Assembly (NCBI GenBank): GCA_000934665.2
Contig: KZ538419.1
Coordinates: 1-64,000 of the forward strand
Reading direction: 5' to 3'
Length of the DNA: 64,000 nucleotides
Source: Catajapyx aquilonaris
Lineage: Eukaryota
Shown here: positions 12,069 through 26,086 of the stretch, in pieces
Position numbering within the stretch: the stretch's first letter is position 1
How the letters are laid out: each line of letters opens with the position of its first letter
Position numbers and translations under genes: made by a program
The notes under the pieces: model-generated
What the model was told of the DNA's origin: nothing
Databases searched by the model: none
The model's input: the letters and a program-made list of their open reading frames with translations, nothing else

Positions 12069-14311
12069 ATGAGTCGCAGGAAATGGTCGCTGGCGTGGTT
12101 TATACTTTGGGTATCAGTGTTGCTCTGCTACAACGTACATGAAGGTAGGCTACTCATTTGTGTAGGCTACTTTCGGTTGGCTTCATATTGTATTGATATA
12201 ATTTGATGCACAATATTTCTTATTTATAGGGTGCCTCCGTTACACATGTATGTGTACAGTACATCAGCATTTGTTGTAGGCGTGCTGTCTAAATGTTGAA
12301 CAAACTTAGATAGCATTGAGCAGCAGCTACCTCGAAAGTATAGTTGTAAACGCAAACTTATATTTTACACACCATTAATTTCTTAACATTTGAATTATAA
12401 GGTAGAGCCTACTGTAGTTACAATATGTTTTTTCTTTGTTTACTTTCAGGTTTATTAAATATGCAACTTTGAAATTCTCGTGTGTGCAATGTACCTGTTT
12501 TTCAGGTGGTTTTTGCTAAATGTGTCGGATAGACCGTATGCCAGAGTTAGGAGTAATACTGTTTTTTGACAATGCCGCAAGGAAGGTAGTCTAATATTGC
12601 GCATGTGATTGTATAATGCCTTATGCGACTAGTCTGACACGAACAACGAAAAATTGAGCTATGATTCAGTGGCGCCAACTGAATGGTTGAAGTCTAGCGG
12701 TGGTGATAGGAGGATGGTGTGATGTGAAAGGGGAAAATGAAAGAGAAAATGAGAAAGAGGAGGAGAAAGAGAAGGAGAGGAACGGAAATAGCCAAAACAA
12801 TGCTAAAAGTTCACAAACGACAGCATGTAATATTTTAAGCCAAGTGCCTCCCTTTACAGGTCACACGGCATACGTCAGAAAAAAACAAGTGCAAGCACAT
12901 GCGAGGCTCAATATTTCCAAGCCTAGAGAGCTTCCAATCTGCAGAATCCCACAAGACATGCCCACAGAATATGAGAATCTGAAGACTAGGTAAGAAATAT
13001 GTCATACGATATAATATTGTGTAAAAGTAATGAGATTCATGAACTGATTCTCTTGGTCAAAAAATGGTTGCAATATGCAGTATAAAGGTGGAATGCTTCT
13101 TGTTCGACTCCATTACACTGTTACATACTGTTGGTCGTGACTTGCATTGCATGATTGTTGAGCAGAAAAAGATCTCATACTGCACATTGCAATATATTTA
13201 TTGTTGTACCTTTCCCTTGAGTAACCTCTATACCTCGCTCCCCAACAATTAATTGCCATTTATTTCACAGAAATTTGAGACATTACATCCGTCAGGAAGA
13301 AGACTCTATTATTGTCGAGCCAGATCACTTTTGCGAAGAAAGTGATTCCATTTTCCTTTTATTTCTGATTCATTCGGCCCCTGGCAATACGGACAAAAGA
13401 GCAGCAATTCGCAAGACTTGGAAAAGAGATCTTCTGGCAATAAGGCCAGATATTCGTCTCGTATTCTCCCTGGGAGTTCCGAACAACCTGAGTTATCAGG
13501 TAACTGGCTCTGCAGCAATGCTTTCAATGATCCTGTAATGTACTCATGGATACAATTTCCTCAACTATAGGCTGATATAATAGAAGAAGCGAAAGCTCAC
13601 AATGATATTGTGCAAATGGAATTTTGTGATTCTTACTTCAATATGACACTTAAGCAAGTGTATGGCCTTCAATGGATGTCGTGGAGGTGTCCTCAAGCAA
13701 AGTACGTCTTCAAAGGAGACGACGACAATTTCGTACACCCATCGAATCTTCTCAATTATTTATTGAAACTAAAAGAGGTGCGTATGCATCAAAGCATACC
13801 AAATTGTTTGAGTGACTCTCTTTACCTTCTGTTTTCTCCTCAGAGCGATCTGCACGAGTTACCTGACTCAAGTTGCCAGTATGCAAACATGACGTACCTT
13901 ATGACGGGATATGCCCTTTATGAGGCACCAGTAATTAGGGAAAACTATGACAAGTGGTTCATGCCTGAAGCCATGTACCCAGGTGAAATGTACCCGCCCT
14001 ACTTCACAGGAGCCGCTTTCATATTTACGGGGGAATTAATCCCATTATTGTACAGGAAAAGTCTGGAAGCGCCTTTCATTCACATTGACGACGTGTTCAT
14101 TGTTGGGATCGTTGCCTCACAAAACCTGGGCCTGAAAATAAATGAGCACCCAGGTTTTCTTATGATGTATACTTGTAACCCCAACAACTTCATTGTGGTA
14201 AACGGTGTTGGACCCGAGACTCTGCTGCAAATGTGGGGTGACACAGAAGATGATGTCATACGCACAGATTTTAATATATGTGAGAGTTCAAATAACACGG
14301 CTTCTGCGTAG
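12069..14311 (+). CDS. GT31 beta-1,3-glycosyltransferase, copy 2 (tandem duplicate)
   Basis: Exons 12069-12144 (MSRRKWSLAWFILWVSVLLCY, TM), 12860-12989, 13271-13499, 13571-13777 and 13844-14311. Same motifs as copy 1 (FKGDDD, IDDVF). Confidence 0.9.
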
Positions 14312-16631
14312 TCATGGGTCAAGTGACGACCTCAGTGTTACTGTGAAAAGCGCAATTAACAGTATAAGTGGGGAACAATAAAAGTACGCCACCAGCAACA
14401 AATGTATAAAATCAACGTTGTCATAATTTGTATAGCGTACTCGTTTTCAGCTCAACTACATGGGACAGTACTGTACTACCTTTGTGCTGTGAAGATAAAG
14501 TGCTATATCATATACCATCTATCGAGCTAAGTTTAAGAACAGCTGCCTGAAAATTTTATTTGTCATTATTGTCATTTTATAGCCTTTATTTTTATAGCAT
14601 ATTTTTGAAATAGCTTAAGAGCCCTCTTTATCCTCGACTGACGAGGCACCATAACATATAAGCCATATTCTCCAGATAAAGTATTAAATTGTGTGCTTAC
14701 GTACTGTACGTATACGTACATACAGTACATCGCTACAATATCAAATACTGTAGAGTACATGCATACATGATGGACCCAGAAATAAATGTCGCTTTATGCC
14801 ATTCCTAAATATTACGTTTCAGGATTTACTTGAATGTCCTCGTTTTTTTTATGGTACCCGCTCCACTCCCCAGGCAAGGTAAACACCAGAATCATCATTA
14901 TCTTTAGCCAATGACAGGGAACCGTCGCTAAAAATGAAGGGTTCACACTAAGAGATAGGCTTCGAGCAAAGGTGTTACGTGATGCGCAAGTGACTTAGTT
15001 CCTGCACTGATGGTGTCATTTTCGCATGAAGCACGTCATCACCCCTGTCTGGACGAGAAGTATTACTATAGTAGGCCATTGATTTCACCTTTAAAAAGAT
15101 AAGAGTGGCTGACTATACCAACTTCCATCATGTATCGGACGCGGTGCAAGGTCCCGGATAGTTCTTAATGTTGCTTGGCTACTAATCATTACCATTAGAC
15201 ATTGGTCCTTGCTAGAAGTCAGCAGAGAAGGAAATAAGGGTCACTGGCGACTCTCTGAAGCAACATATAACAGGTGAGCTGAGAAATAGTCTGTTATGCA
15301 CTTGTAGAGACTTGCCAACTATACATGAGAGATAATAGTGCCTCATGTAATGAAGAGTTACCTTGAATAATAATATATGCACACAACAGTGTAACTTAAT
15401 GACTCTGGCCATTTTATTTGTAAGCTCACGTGCTATGTTCAGGAGACGTTGGTCTCGTATAATATCTAAGAGATAAATAATGTACATAATGTGTGGTATG
15501 TTTTACTAATCAATACATCTTCTGACGTATTCTGATAATGCTCCACCAATCTCTGTCCAGGAGTACAAATAGAAGTGTTTTTTAATCTCACGGGAAGTAT
15601 ATTATGGAATAATTGGCACATTTTGGTCAAAACTTGTGAAAACTTAATTAAATATAGATAGATAAAAATAGATATAATATAATATATGTATAATAAAATA
15701 TATATAATTAATATAAATATATATAAAAATAGATAAAAATTGGCTATTTGCATGAATAAGGAGGAATGGGGTTAAAACCTACAATTCACATTTGTGGAGG
15801 CACACCCTACAAGCTGCAGTTTTTCAAATAAATTTGATACTTCATAATTTTTCTGAATCCAAATGATTGTACTGTACCGATTATTGAGACTGCCTCCTTG
15901 TTACAACCATGTGAAGAAATATAGGCATGAAGTACCCCTAAGGCCCTAAAGTACTTAAGTTGGAAGGTAGGTCTACACCCATTTTATCCGGAAACCTTAT
16001 CCTCTTATATACAGATATGTCATTGCCAGCCCCAGTGACATCATAGTTGATTTGAAAAGCAGTCTGAAGCTAACTTTGTTCCCAATCCCATGCATGTAAG
16101 TCAGTGTCAGTTTATTTTACTCAAATTCGCAATTTAAGTGACCTGCAATAATGTCATAAAGCAGTGTGTATACAGATCGAGTAATAATTCCGCAATGTGT
16201 CTCATCTTTGCTTCATGTAAAGTATCTCTCTAATGTCTAGTCAGTCCCATGAATTATTATTATTATTATTTTACTAATAATGAGACTGCCCATAATATTG
16301 ATTGTACCATATTATAATACAGAATTAAAATTTCGAATTTGAAAAACCCGAAGTGCTTCATTGGATATGACAAGATTGAGTCATTGTCTTTTCCCCAGAT
16401 AAACCGTTACCGGACCGGAAACTCTCTCTAAAGTTTTGTGTCTACTTGTTGGATATAATCTATATAGCTATCCACCATGATGAATATAGTTCTTACGAAT
16501 GTAAATACGTATAAGAAAATAATGCTGAAGAAGATAGCCTAAAACGCTTTATTTCATTGATGCCCTGCATCACTGTTGCTTTTAAAAATCTCATCACAGT
16601 TTGATGTTTCTCTTTAACAGTTGCACTGCAA

Positions 16632-18579
16632 CATGAGAAGAAAGCAAATGATGACGTGGTGCAGGCGACTAGTTTTATTAGGAATTGCAATAATCACAGT
16701 TTCCAGTCTCTTCTACCACCCCTCCCGAGCAGTAAGAAAATTCTTGGTTAGAACGGAAGACATCTCAATACCTGCTGACACCACCACCTCATCTGAAACT
16801 GGAGTAGGAAGAAGATTCCTCGAGAGAAATGAGAACTTCTCCTTACCTTCTGACATCACACTACTAATTGCTAATTGTACCCCCTCATCTGAAACTCTGG
16901 AATATCCTACCCCGGAATCTTTTGAAGGATTCGACAACGAAACCGGAGTAGATCACTTCATAGTTCCTAATATTATTCACTTCATCAGGTATGAAAATTT
17001 ACTATACTATTCTGTAAGAAGTAAATGTAATTCTTTAAAGGAATGAGAATATTTTAGGCATTTCGCAGCCGCCTATGCGTACAAACTGCTCGCAACAACT
17101 TACTAGTATAAAGTATGATAATGGTAAAATTTGACATTATCCCGCCTATTTCACTTAATTTTACAAGTTGACAGGCACACTGCAGTTTTTTAGGTACGGT
17201 ATTACTTTTGAATATTAAGATGCAGTATCATTATTTTACAAAAAAAAAAGTTCCTATGTGACAGGCAACCCTTTTGTAGAAGATTTAGTCTGTATAATTA
17301 TTTTTTCATTACATTCACAGGTTCAACTTTAAAACCATGCCTTTTTACGAGTACCTGTGCATTTTGGCGGCTTACAGGGCTCAAAATCCATGCAGAATTT
17401 TCATCCACACAAATGTAATGGACATAGAGGGGTATTATTGGGACAAACTGAAGGAAAAGCTGGGAGATGTTTTGCAGGTCAGATACAAGGAACTGGCTGA
17501 GGACATCAATGGCCTCCGGGGAGATTTTCATGTCTTTCATTTCTCGGACGTTGCACGAATTCAGGTATTGTGTTAATATAGCCTAATCATATATTACAAC
17601 CTGTGGAGTTGAAGTAATGACGCACCAGGTTCTGTATAAACTCACACCCCCTTCCAACTCTTCACACAAGATACCTTTTCCAACGCTTCCTACCCTCAAC
17701 CACAGTTAATATCAATTCGTGTTTTACGCTCTAGGTACTGATGACTTATGGAGGAATATACTTGGATGCCGATTCATTCCTTTTGAAGAGTGTGGACCCC
17801 TTCCGTAAATTTGAAATGGCACTTGGATGGCCTGAAGATGCATATTTGGGTACACAAGTAAGGATAAATTATTTACATTGAATAAAAATAAATGGGTAAT
17901 GATTGTTATTGACTTATTGTACAGTACGTACTGTATATTGAAACTATCTGATGATGCTCGTTTCTGACACAACATGACTGTATTCTCTGTTTATTAACTG
18001 GGTATGATGGTCAGTTCATCAGTAAGTCAGTTCTGCTGAATGCAAAAGAAAACGGCAATACCGGTACCGTCCAAGACGTGTCAAGCTTCTATATTTCATT
18101 TCCACTCTTTATTAAAACGCTCGTCGCCAATGCGTATATTACACTATATATTTTTCTCATTCGTTTAGGTTATAGTGGCCCACAAAAACTCTCGTTTCCT
18201 GAGGAAATGGTTGGAATCATACAAACAGTACGACCCCTCACTGTGGTACTACAACGCTGGACAACTGCCCACAACCAGTATTCTAATTCCTCATCCTGAA
18301 CTGGTGCACAGAGTCACTGAACATTTTGGGGTGCGCGATATATCAAACGAACTGTACAATATGGACTGGGATGGTTGGAAGGACCGATACTACGCTATTC
18401 ACCTTCTCATACGCCATCGATTTTATCTAGCCCCACAGGACATCGAAGAGACTGGAATATACGAGAATTTTACAGAAGAAAGTGTTAAAGGATATGACAG
18501 AACATTTGGCCAGTTGGCACGATTGGTTTTGTACAACACAACAGAAATGCTTGCGGAATCAATACGGAAGAAATCGTAG
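16632..18579 (+). CDS. GT32-like DXD glycosyltransferase (divergent alpha-1,4-HexNAc/Gal transferase type)
   Basis: Exons 16632-16988, 17321-17564, 17735-17857 and 18169-18579. TM; VPNIIHFIR, HFSDVARIQVLMTYGGIYLDAD, SRFLRKWLESY...WYYNAG, YAIHL. Confidence 0.88.
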
Positions 18580-19092
18580 AGCATGTCACTTGAGCGAATC
18601 TACTACTAATATTAACAGAATCCCACGATGAATTTAGCCGCATAAGTTTGCATTGTTTTATCTCATTGGGATGCAAATATCTAGAGAATCACAATACGCA
18701 AAATACAAATTACCTTCATTTTTGTCCCGAGTAAAAAAGAAGTGACCAAATCTATGTGCATGAACACTTAATTTATGATTACAGGTGGTCACTGATTCTT
18801 CCGTGGGATAAATATTATGTCGCAATTGCAACTGTCGAGTGAACCCCCGCAATCCACGGGTTAGTAATTCGATGTTGGAAAATATTGTATGCGTTTTAAT
18901 AAAAATATCCATTAAAAAAATCAAGACTTATACGTACGTATTTATTGCAGTTCATTACCGTAGAAGCGTAGACTATATTCTTATCTTCTTTCCATCCAGT
19001 CTTTGGTATATTCTTGCAATTGACAGAGTCAGGGTTGCTGGTACATTTTAAAGTTGTACAATGTATAGGCAGGACAAACTTCTGGTAGTAAT

Positions 19093-22000
19093 TTATTTGC
19101 AGTAACAATATTTACGAATCTCGAGATTGTGGTCTTGCAAGCAATCCGCTTGGGAGCCGTATTTGTTGACGCGACTTATTTCCGATCCTTTCAAGTCGTA
19201 GGTGTCTTCCTTCACATTTCGCGTGATTGACACTTCGAAATGCCCATCGCCCGGATTGGTGTGAAGGTGGATTTGGTATATCTCTACGGAGACCTTTGTG
19301 TTGTCTGTGAGGTCAGGAACAAAGCCATCCTTGTCTGCGTTTTGTTTGAATCGCAAGAGGTCTGAAACATAATTTGTGTAATGTTGTACAATCAATGTCA
19401 TTTTAGTGCAGTGTACTCGCTGAATGATCATTACACTTGCATGATGAAGTATTGTGAATGCAATACCTGCATTGGGAATGAACTTGGCCGCCCAAACAAC
19501 CTTGGAAAGTGTTAAGGTTTCGCATATGTCCCTGTCGGATTCGGTCAATCCATTGAAGAAGTCTACTGCTGCCTGTGCTGCTTCTTGAATCATGGGATCT
19601 GTATTTGGAACCTCGTTCCAAGATAAGCAAGAGCACCAATGAGGTTCTATCATGGCATCCTCACATGTCCTCTCCTTGGGTATCTAAAAAGTGGAGAAAA
19701 ATAATGGCATGAATTCCATGCTTCCCTTTATTTCCACCGAGGCGACCCATAAAGTTTCCTAAAGTCATGGAACTATACAGTAGCTTTTTATTTACCTTCT
19801 GAAACAGGTTGATTGACCTATTCTTCAGATCTGCAGGCTCATCATAAGTGAAATGCAAAACGTTTCTTAACGTTGCGTGCACATCAAACGGAGTTGTAAG
19901 CACATTCGAATTTTCTCTGGAAGTAAAGATTTTCAGACAATCAGTATAGTCATGTGATACAGCATTTGATTTCCTACGATTAAAAGTACAATGTGGACAT
20001 GTGGACTAACATGAAGTTGTTGTAGGCTTCAGGGTAAGCTGTGCTGAACCACGGAGGAAAAATGTAGCTGAACATTGGATTCCTCTCTTCCTGTTTCCCT
20101 TGTTGGGTTTCTCTAATACTGGTGAACCTAAAACATTAGGAGCTCGTTTCAACGGTGATTAGATTTGAAAGAAATTACTAAGGGTGAAAAAGTGGCAGTG
20201 TGAATCCACCTGGAAATTATTAGCTAAAAGTAACGCTTTTAAGCCTCACCTGGCTCCATGATCGCTCATAATTATGAGTAGCGTGTCATTCAACATATTT
20301 CCTTCGTGTAATCCCTGGACCATTTCCAAAAGGTCTTCATCCGCAGCTTCCACCATGTTTAGGTCACTGTGGGAAAGCTCTCCGTGAAATGCGAACATGA
20401 ATTTCGGCTTGTCGCGGTAAGATTGAAAGAAATTTGTTGCGTAGTTCATGAAGATCTGTGAATGATCAAGTATTTGTTCATAATAATTCACTGATGGATA
20501 CATTTCATATTTTTTTAAATGGACTCCTCTCTCACCTTGTGGCTGGGTGTGTTCCTGAGGCAATAATATTTGTTTGACTTCCTGTTATTGTCATATTCCA
20601 AATAAAATGCGCGCATGAAATGATCCGTGGGAACTTGATTGAAGCCTTTTAATCTGTATGTGAATGTTCCAATTGAAGCACAATCTTCTAGGTATGCTAA
20701 AAAGGGTAATTCATTTCTTGAATAATATTGGTAGCATCGAACAAGTGGAAATGCGTAATGCTGGTTACTGACGCAATTTTTCTGATGGTCACAAGAATTG
20801 TTAACACACAAATAATAAACAGCTGGGCAAAATGTAAGATATGCATTAGTCAATCGATTTAATACATTTTAGTGACTCATCATCAATTGCACATTCAAAA
20901 TAATAACATCTGTTACTATGAAAAAATCACGGAATAGCGTGTTAGTCAAATGATAATCTTTTGTAAATAATTTTTTTTGTTCAAAATAATTCTCTTATTT
21001 CATACTAATTTTTTTTTGCGATAATGGCGACATACATATACGCGTACCGGCATATTACTGCCATTTTTGAGTCTTCATTCGGAAATTTAGCCAATCTAAA
21101 TCTGTTCACATCATTTACCTGTGACGTAACCATTATTTTTATACTCGTTCCATACCCAGGGATACACATTGACGAAAGTAGCTTTTCTTCCCATCCTCTT
21201 TCGAGTATCAGGCAACTCTGTCTCCGTCTGACCTAATAAATGAAGAGCACGAGAGTGACATATTTTACAATTGTTACAATAACAATGAAATCACCACTGT
21301 TACCATTAATGAGCATTGAGCAAGTTACAATAACTTGTATTTTGCGACGCACACTTACTGTTAGTGGAAATAGATTGTTTAAAATATTACGACCAAACGT
21401 TCCTAATAACGTTGGAGTGCTGTCGTATTATGATCAGTAACAGATGTGAAAAACCCACCAGTGAGAATAGGGATGAGGGCCTGTGGAGTTCCGTCTCCAA
21501 CAATGTTGTATCCCTTCATGACAATGGCATTCAGCTTCTCCATCATGTATTTGTATGTCTTTGGGAGCTTCCGAATGAAATGGACTCTAGATATTGAGTC
21601 GAATCCGAACATGAGAACGTTCAACTTCAGTCCGTCTTCAGGAACTTTGCGCCAGTCACTTCTTTCTGCGATGTCTGCGTCTTTGCGAATACCTGCCACG
21701 ATGTTTTTCCATCTGGAATATAAATGAAAAGCAGAATGATCTGACAATAGAAAAGGAGATGTCAGTAATTTCAAAGAGTGAAGCCATAGGGCTACTATTA
21801 TATCTCATCTCATCCGAGACGAGGCTTTGATGTAGGTTTATACACCCAATTTCTCTGCAAAAAGGTCACCATGAACCTCCATCTACAATATTGCGAAAAT
21901 AGCAGCACCACAGCCTCTGTTTTATGGTCATAATTACTGTAAAATTTTTGCGTTAACTGTATTGGGGCCTACTCCTGTTTGGATGATTCCGCTGTGCATT

Positions 22001-22754
22001 TCACTGCGACAAAATCACTGTGACTCAGTTGATATTCTGTTTTCATGCTTGTTACGTCGCCCATCTGGTTGTGTGAGTCGTCTATTCTTATAATGTCTGT
22101 GAACAACAAAATAAATTGATATTATAACTCATACTTATATCAAGTGATCATTTATGCAGTACTGATAAATCCGGACCCTCTCCCGAACATGCTCATTATT
22201 TAGTTCCTTCTCTTATATTATTACAGGTACATTTGATTCTCTAAGTTTCTGAAGAGGCAGTTGAACCTGCGTTTGAACCTGCGCACAACTCACCTGAGAA
22301 GTTGCATTTAATTTCTCCGTATTTTTCTATGGCACGTTCTGATATCTTGGCAATAGAACCGCTGATCTCAACCCATTCTAACTTTCCATCGCAAACCAAT
22401 GGGGAAATACGTTTGAAATGTTTTCCTAGTTCTTTGGGATACACTTGTAATTCAGGCTGTACGCATCCAACGTTATTTCTGAAAATCAGAGAAAATGAAG
22501 TGTCATTATAAAACTGAAACTTAACATATGAAACTAATTTGAAAAAAAATCGATGAATTAATTTTATGTAAATGCAGGGATATTATAAACTGTAGAGTAA
22601 CTTACTCCGACTTCTCAGTTTGAGATAAGTCTATGTCACGTTCCACTTGATTCACGACTTGTGAATGCCTCGTGCTAACAATCCCAGACATTATGTACAA
22701 AATGCAAATTCCAACAGCACTGAAGAGCAAGAGACGAACTTTCCTTGGCCACAT
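19093..22754 (-). CDS. DUF229 alkaline-phosphatase-superfamily type II membrane protein #1
   Basis: About 11 exons; internal boundaries not all resolved. N-terminal TM MWPRKVRLLLFSAVGICILYI; LMFGFDSISR, GYNIVGDGTPQALIPILTG, ELSHSD, IIMSDHGAR, TPFDVHATL, C..AMIEPHWCSC, SRVNKYG...YCYCK. Confidence 0.88.
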
Positions 22755-23336
22755 TGCTTTTGCTCCAGTTACTTCTCCGCTATCTCCTTGCACTTTCCTA
22801 TACAGCAACCACAAAGGATCTATAATTTATTTTAAACATTTTATTGAGTGATTTACTAGAACTGTAGAGTAACTAGAGACTATCCATTGTTGAACTATAG
22901 CCTGAACGTATAAGGCAAAAATATTGTTAAAATTCAAAATGAACATATCTCTGAGATGAAGTGAGCACCTTTTGCATCGACAAACTTTTCCAGGATTACA
23001 TGTCAGGTGTAACCCCATAGTGGAATGAAATAAAACTACCTGTTTGACGATAAAAGCCTGTTGCATAATCCTACCTGCCACTCAATCCTGTGGCTTTGAA
23101 CCACGTCTTTCCTGCGCAGTAGTTGTATTGGGTTTGTCACACTTGGGATGGTCTATAATCCTGTAGCAACTGATAAGGTAAAAACTTATCTCTTGCCAAC
23201 AGCACACATGCGTGCTCTTCTGATACCGCTGATGCATCATATGGCAAATGAAAAAAATACATGTTTTTATGTAAAACGCCAAATGGAGGACGGCAAAAAA
23301 ATGCATCAATGCAATCGCTTTATTCAATATTCTGCA

Positions 23337-24573
23337 TCAAAATGAACTATCCATAAATATCCAATCAGATATATTTGCCCTCCTGACTTGCTCATAGAGT
23401 GAGTACGGTAGTTCCGTGAAATTATCCGGTAATATGACTGTTCCTCCAGCCAAGTAAGCTGTCCAGAATCCGAATGTTCCTTGAGATATTATGGAGTGAT
23501 TGCATGCAGAGAGAGTCGCCATGTCTTGCTCTGGACTGTCTCCGACCCAGTGAGTGTCATACGGCTTGACCACATGTTTCTTTGACCATTCCTCGTCATC
23601 ACTGGTCACCACAAACACTGGTTCCGGATGCATTTGTCTCATCAGATCCATGGCCTTCCGGAAGTAATTCAGGTCCACAAGCCTTCCTTTATTCCGTCTA
23701 CCTATGTACTCTTCATAATCCGTTCTACGTATGTGTATACCCACATACGGGCCATTATGGTTCAAGTCATGCAGAATGGATTGAGCACGAGCAGATAGGT
23801 CAGATCTGCAATAATATTTTAAACAAAACTTATTAATCCTAATAAACACATTGCAAGTGTTACAACTGATAAGCGATTTTTCAGCCACTGATACTTTTGA
23901 ATATTTTTTTTACCAAAAGTATTAGATATGCTATACAGACAGTGAGTGCAAAATTTTGTTGGAACATTCCTCTTACAGTACACAGAATTATTGTGTAAAC
24001 ATGCCTGAATTCAAATTGTGTCCTGATTTCACTTCGGTATTGATGAAAAAATGAGATTTCTTGCGGGAATCCGTCCAAAATCACGCCGTTTTCCTCCACT
24101 TCCATCACGAACTGGTCCGGATCCTGCAGGAAATCTTCGATAATAACGGATGTTAATTCATCAGGGCACACCCTGGTCTCGGTCAAGGATAGTCCAGGAA
24201 AAAGGTCGAACAGGACGTCGCTCATGTATGGAAGGACACCTGCTTTGAGAGAGAATTTCTTGGCAACCGCCCACAATGTCGCATACTGGCACATCATGTT
24301 TCCAAGGCGACCTGACCTCTGCACTGTTATGACCCCGGGTCTCGTCTCGTTCGGATGGCAGTCATATGCATGTGGGTCATATTCGAGGACTGCTTCAAAC
24401 TTGGTTGCTGCGTTGGTATGATTTGGTGATGTTGGTCTGAGTATGTGCAATGGAAGTAGTACGGATGGGACAGAAAATACATGAATTATTGCGGCATATG
24501 AAATGTAAACTGCGAGAGCGACAGGTATTGGTAACAAGATGCATAATCTGAACCGGGTGTGACCTAGACTCAT
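23337..24573 (-). CDS. GT11 galactoside alpha-1,2-fucosyltransferase (FUT1/2-like)
   Basis: Exons 24573-24005 and 23805-23337, joined by a GC-AG intron. TM; GRLGNMMCQYATL, VGIHIRRTDY, VTSDD, DMATLSACNHSI..GTFGFWTAYL. Confidence 0.92.
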
Positions 24574-25049
24574 TGTTATGAATCAAGCTGAGCGAAGGTC
24601 TTCCATTATTTTATAACGATCTGGAAATGCAGGGTTAGGAATTAATTTGGGCGCATGACCATATTAATAAGCACTGGAGAGTAGCCAAACTGTAACGAGT
24701 CTTACCTGCAACATTAAAATATACAGACACTCACAAAAACTACATGTGCAGGAAAGGTCTAGTTATCGCACTGAACAATTGCCAGTTGTCGTGTACCCTG
24801 ATAGTAATTCTTATCTACTTTTCCGATGAATCAAACGTTATCTTATATCCTGTAAGAAAGATGATATAAAAAATGCTAACATATGTGATAAACACCTGTA
24901 GTTTACAGGAGAAACATCTATAATATTAAAATCCTTGCGGGAGTTGGCCGAGCCCTCTGATTGGTCTCGCCAACGAAAAAATATACCATACTTTTTCTAC
25001 AGTAGAAGGCAAAGTAAAAACCCATGGTAAGATTATTTATTTTTTTGGA

Positions 25050-25600
25050 TTAACCAAGCAGCATGCTCTTCGTACAGGAATACATCAACAACCTGTGAAT
25101 AGCTCCCTTTTCCAGGACCATTTTCCGATTGTCCGTGTTTCCCAATTATCTGGCAACACCCATGCAGTCATTAGCTTGGATAATAATCGGGAGTACAGTG
25201 TACCTATGTGTATAGACTGTAGGGTCACCCTGATCGTCCGTCACGCCGAGCTGGTGTCGTGTTCAAACTGTGAAACCTTTATCTGTAAGGGTTTTTGAGT
25301 TATGCTTCGACAAAAAAATCGGAAAATTTCATTGTTGTTTTCAATCGTTTGGTCTTACTATAGGGACTACCGTCCTTACAATAGTCACTGGAACGTCCCA
25401 CTAGACCCACGTTTCCTGTTTCCATGGAAGTGCCATCACACAACAATAGGTGGTGTAAACGTGGACAACACGATCGAACCAAAAGGGTGGATTTTGAGGT
25501 CTGTAATGCGATGTAATGTCTTTTTTTTAATGCGCTTACTACAGTTTGTTAGTGTATCAAATTTTACGCAGCGGCGTCTATAGGTTATTGTGAAAACTTC
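25050..25600 (+). mobile_element. Possible piggyBac-like remnant
   Basis: ORF 25095-25298 reads HFP...CIDC...CSNC...ICKGF, like the piggyBac C-terminal Cys-rich domain. No DDD core is seen and boundaries are uncertain. Confidence 0.35.
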
Positions 25601-26086
25601 GCAAGCTTTTACGAATGGAGAAAAGGCATATAGGAGAGAGCTTTGTTTGCGGTTGATTTCGGTCTTCACGAAATTGGCATAATCGGAATATGAGATTCAT
25701 TGAAAAAAAAAAAGTCGTCTCTCTGAAGCTGCGTCTTGGGCATGTACCGTAGCGCGCTATATATTTGCGGTAGGAATGAGATGGAATTTTCTCTGCATTT
25801 TAATGTCATTTTTTGAACATCATTGTAAGGTAGTTGAGCCACAAATTTCGAGGTCGGTTTAGACCTAGCTGGTTTTTGCTTGAAAATTAGGGTAATGATC
25901 CACAAGAATTATTATTTAACAGTATAATATGGAGAGAGGTAAGTACAGTATAACCCTTCCACCCACGCATCCGGTGCAACAGTAGGTTCTACCCCAAACA
26001 CTAATATTGAAATATAGGTTATCATTATCATTATTCTCTTGCAGATATGTTCCTCTGAGCAGCAAGCATTTATACTACCCATAACC

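Noticed and set aside
12700..12859. Glu/Lys-rich N-terminus of ORF 12700-12993
   Set aside because: It is an intronic GA-rich tract. The true exon starts at the acceptor at 12860.
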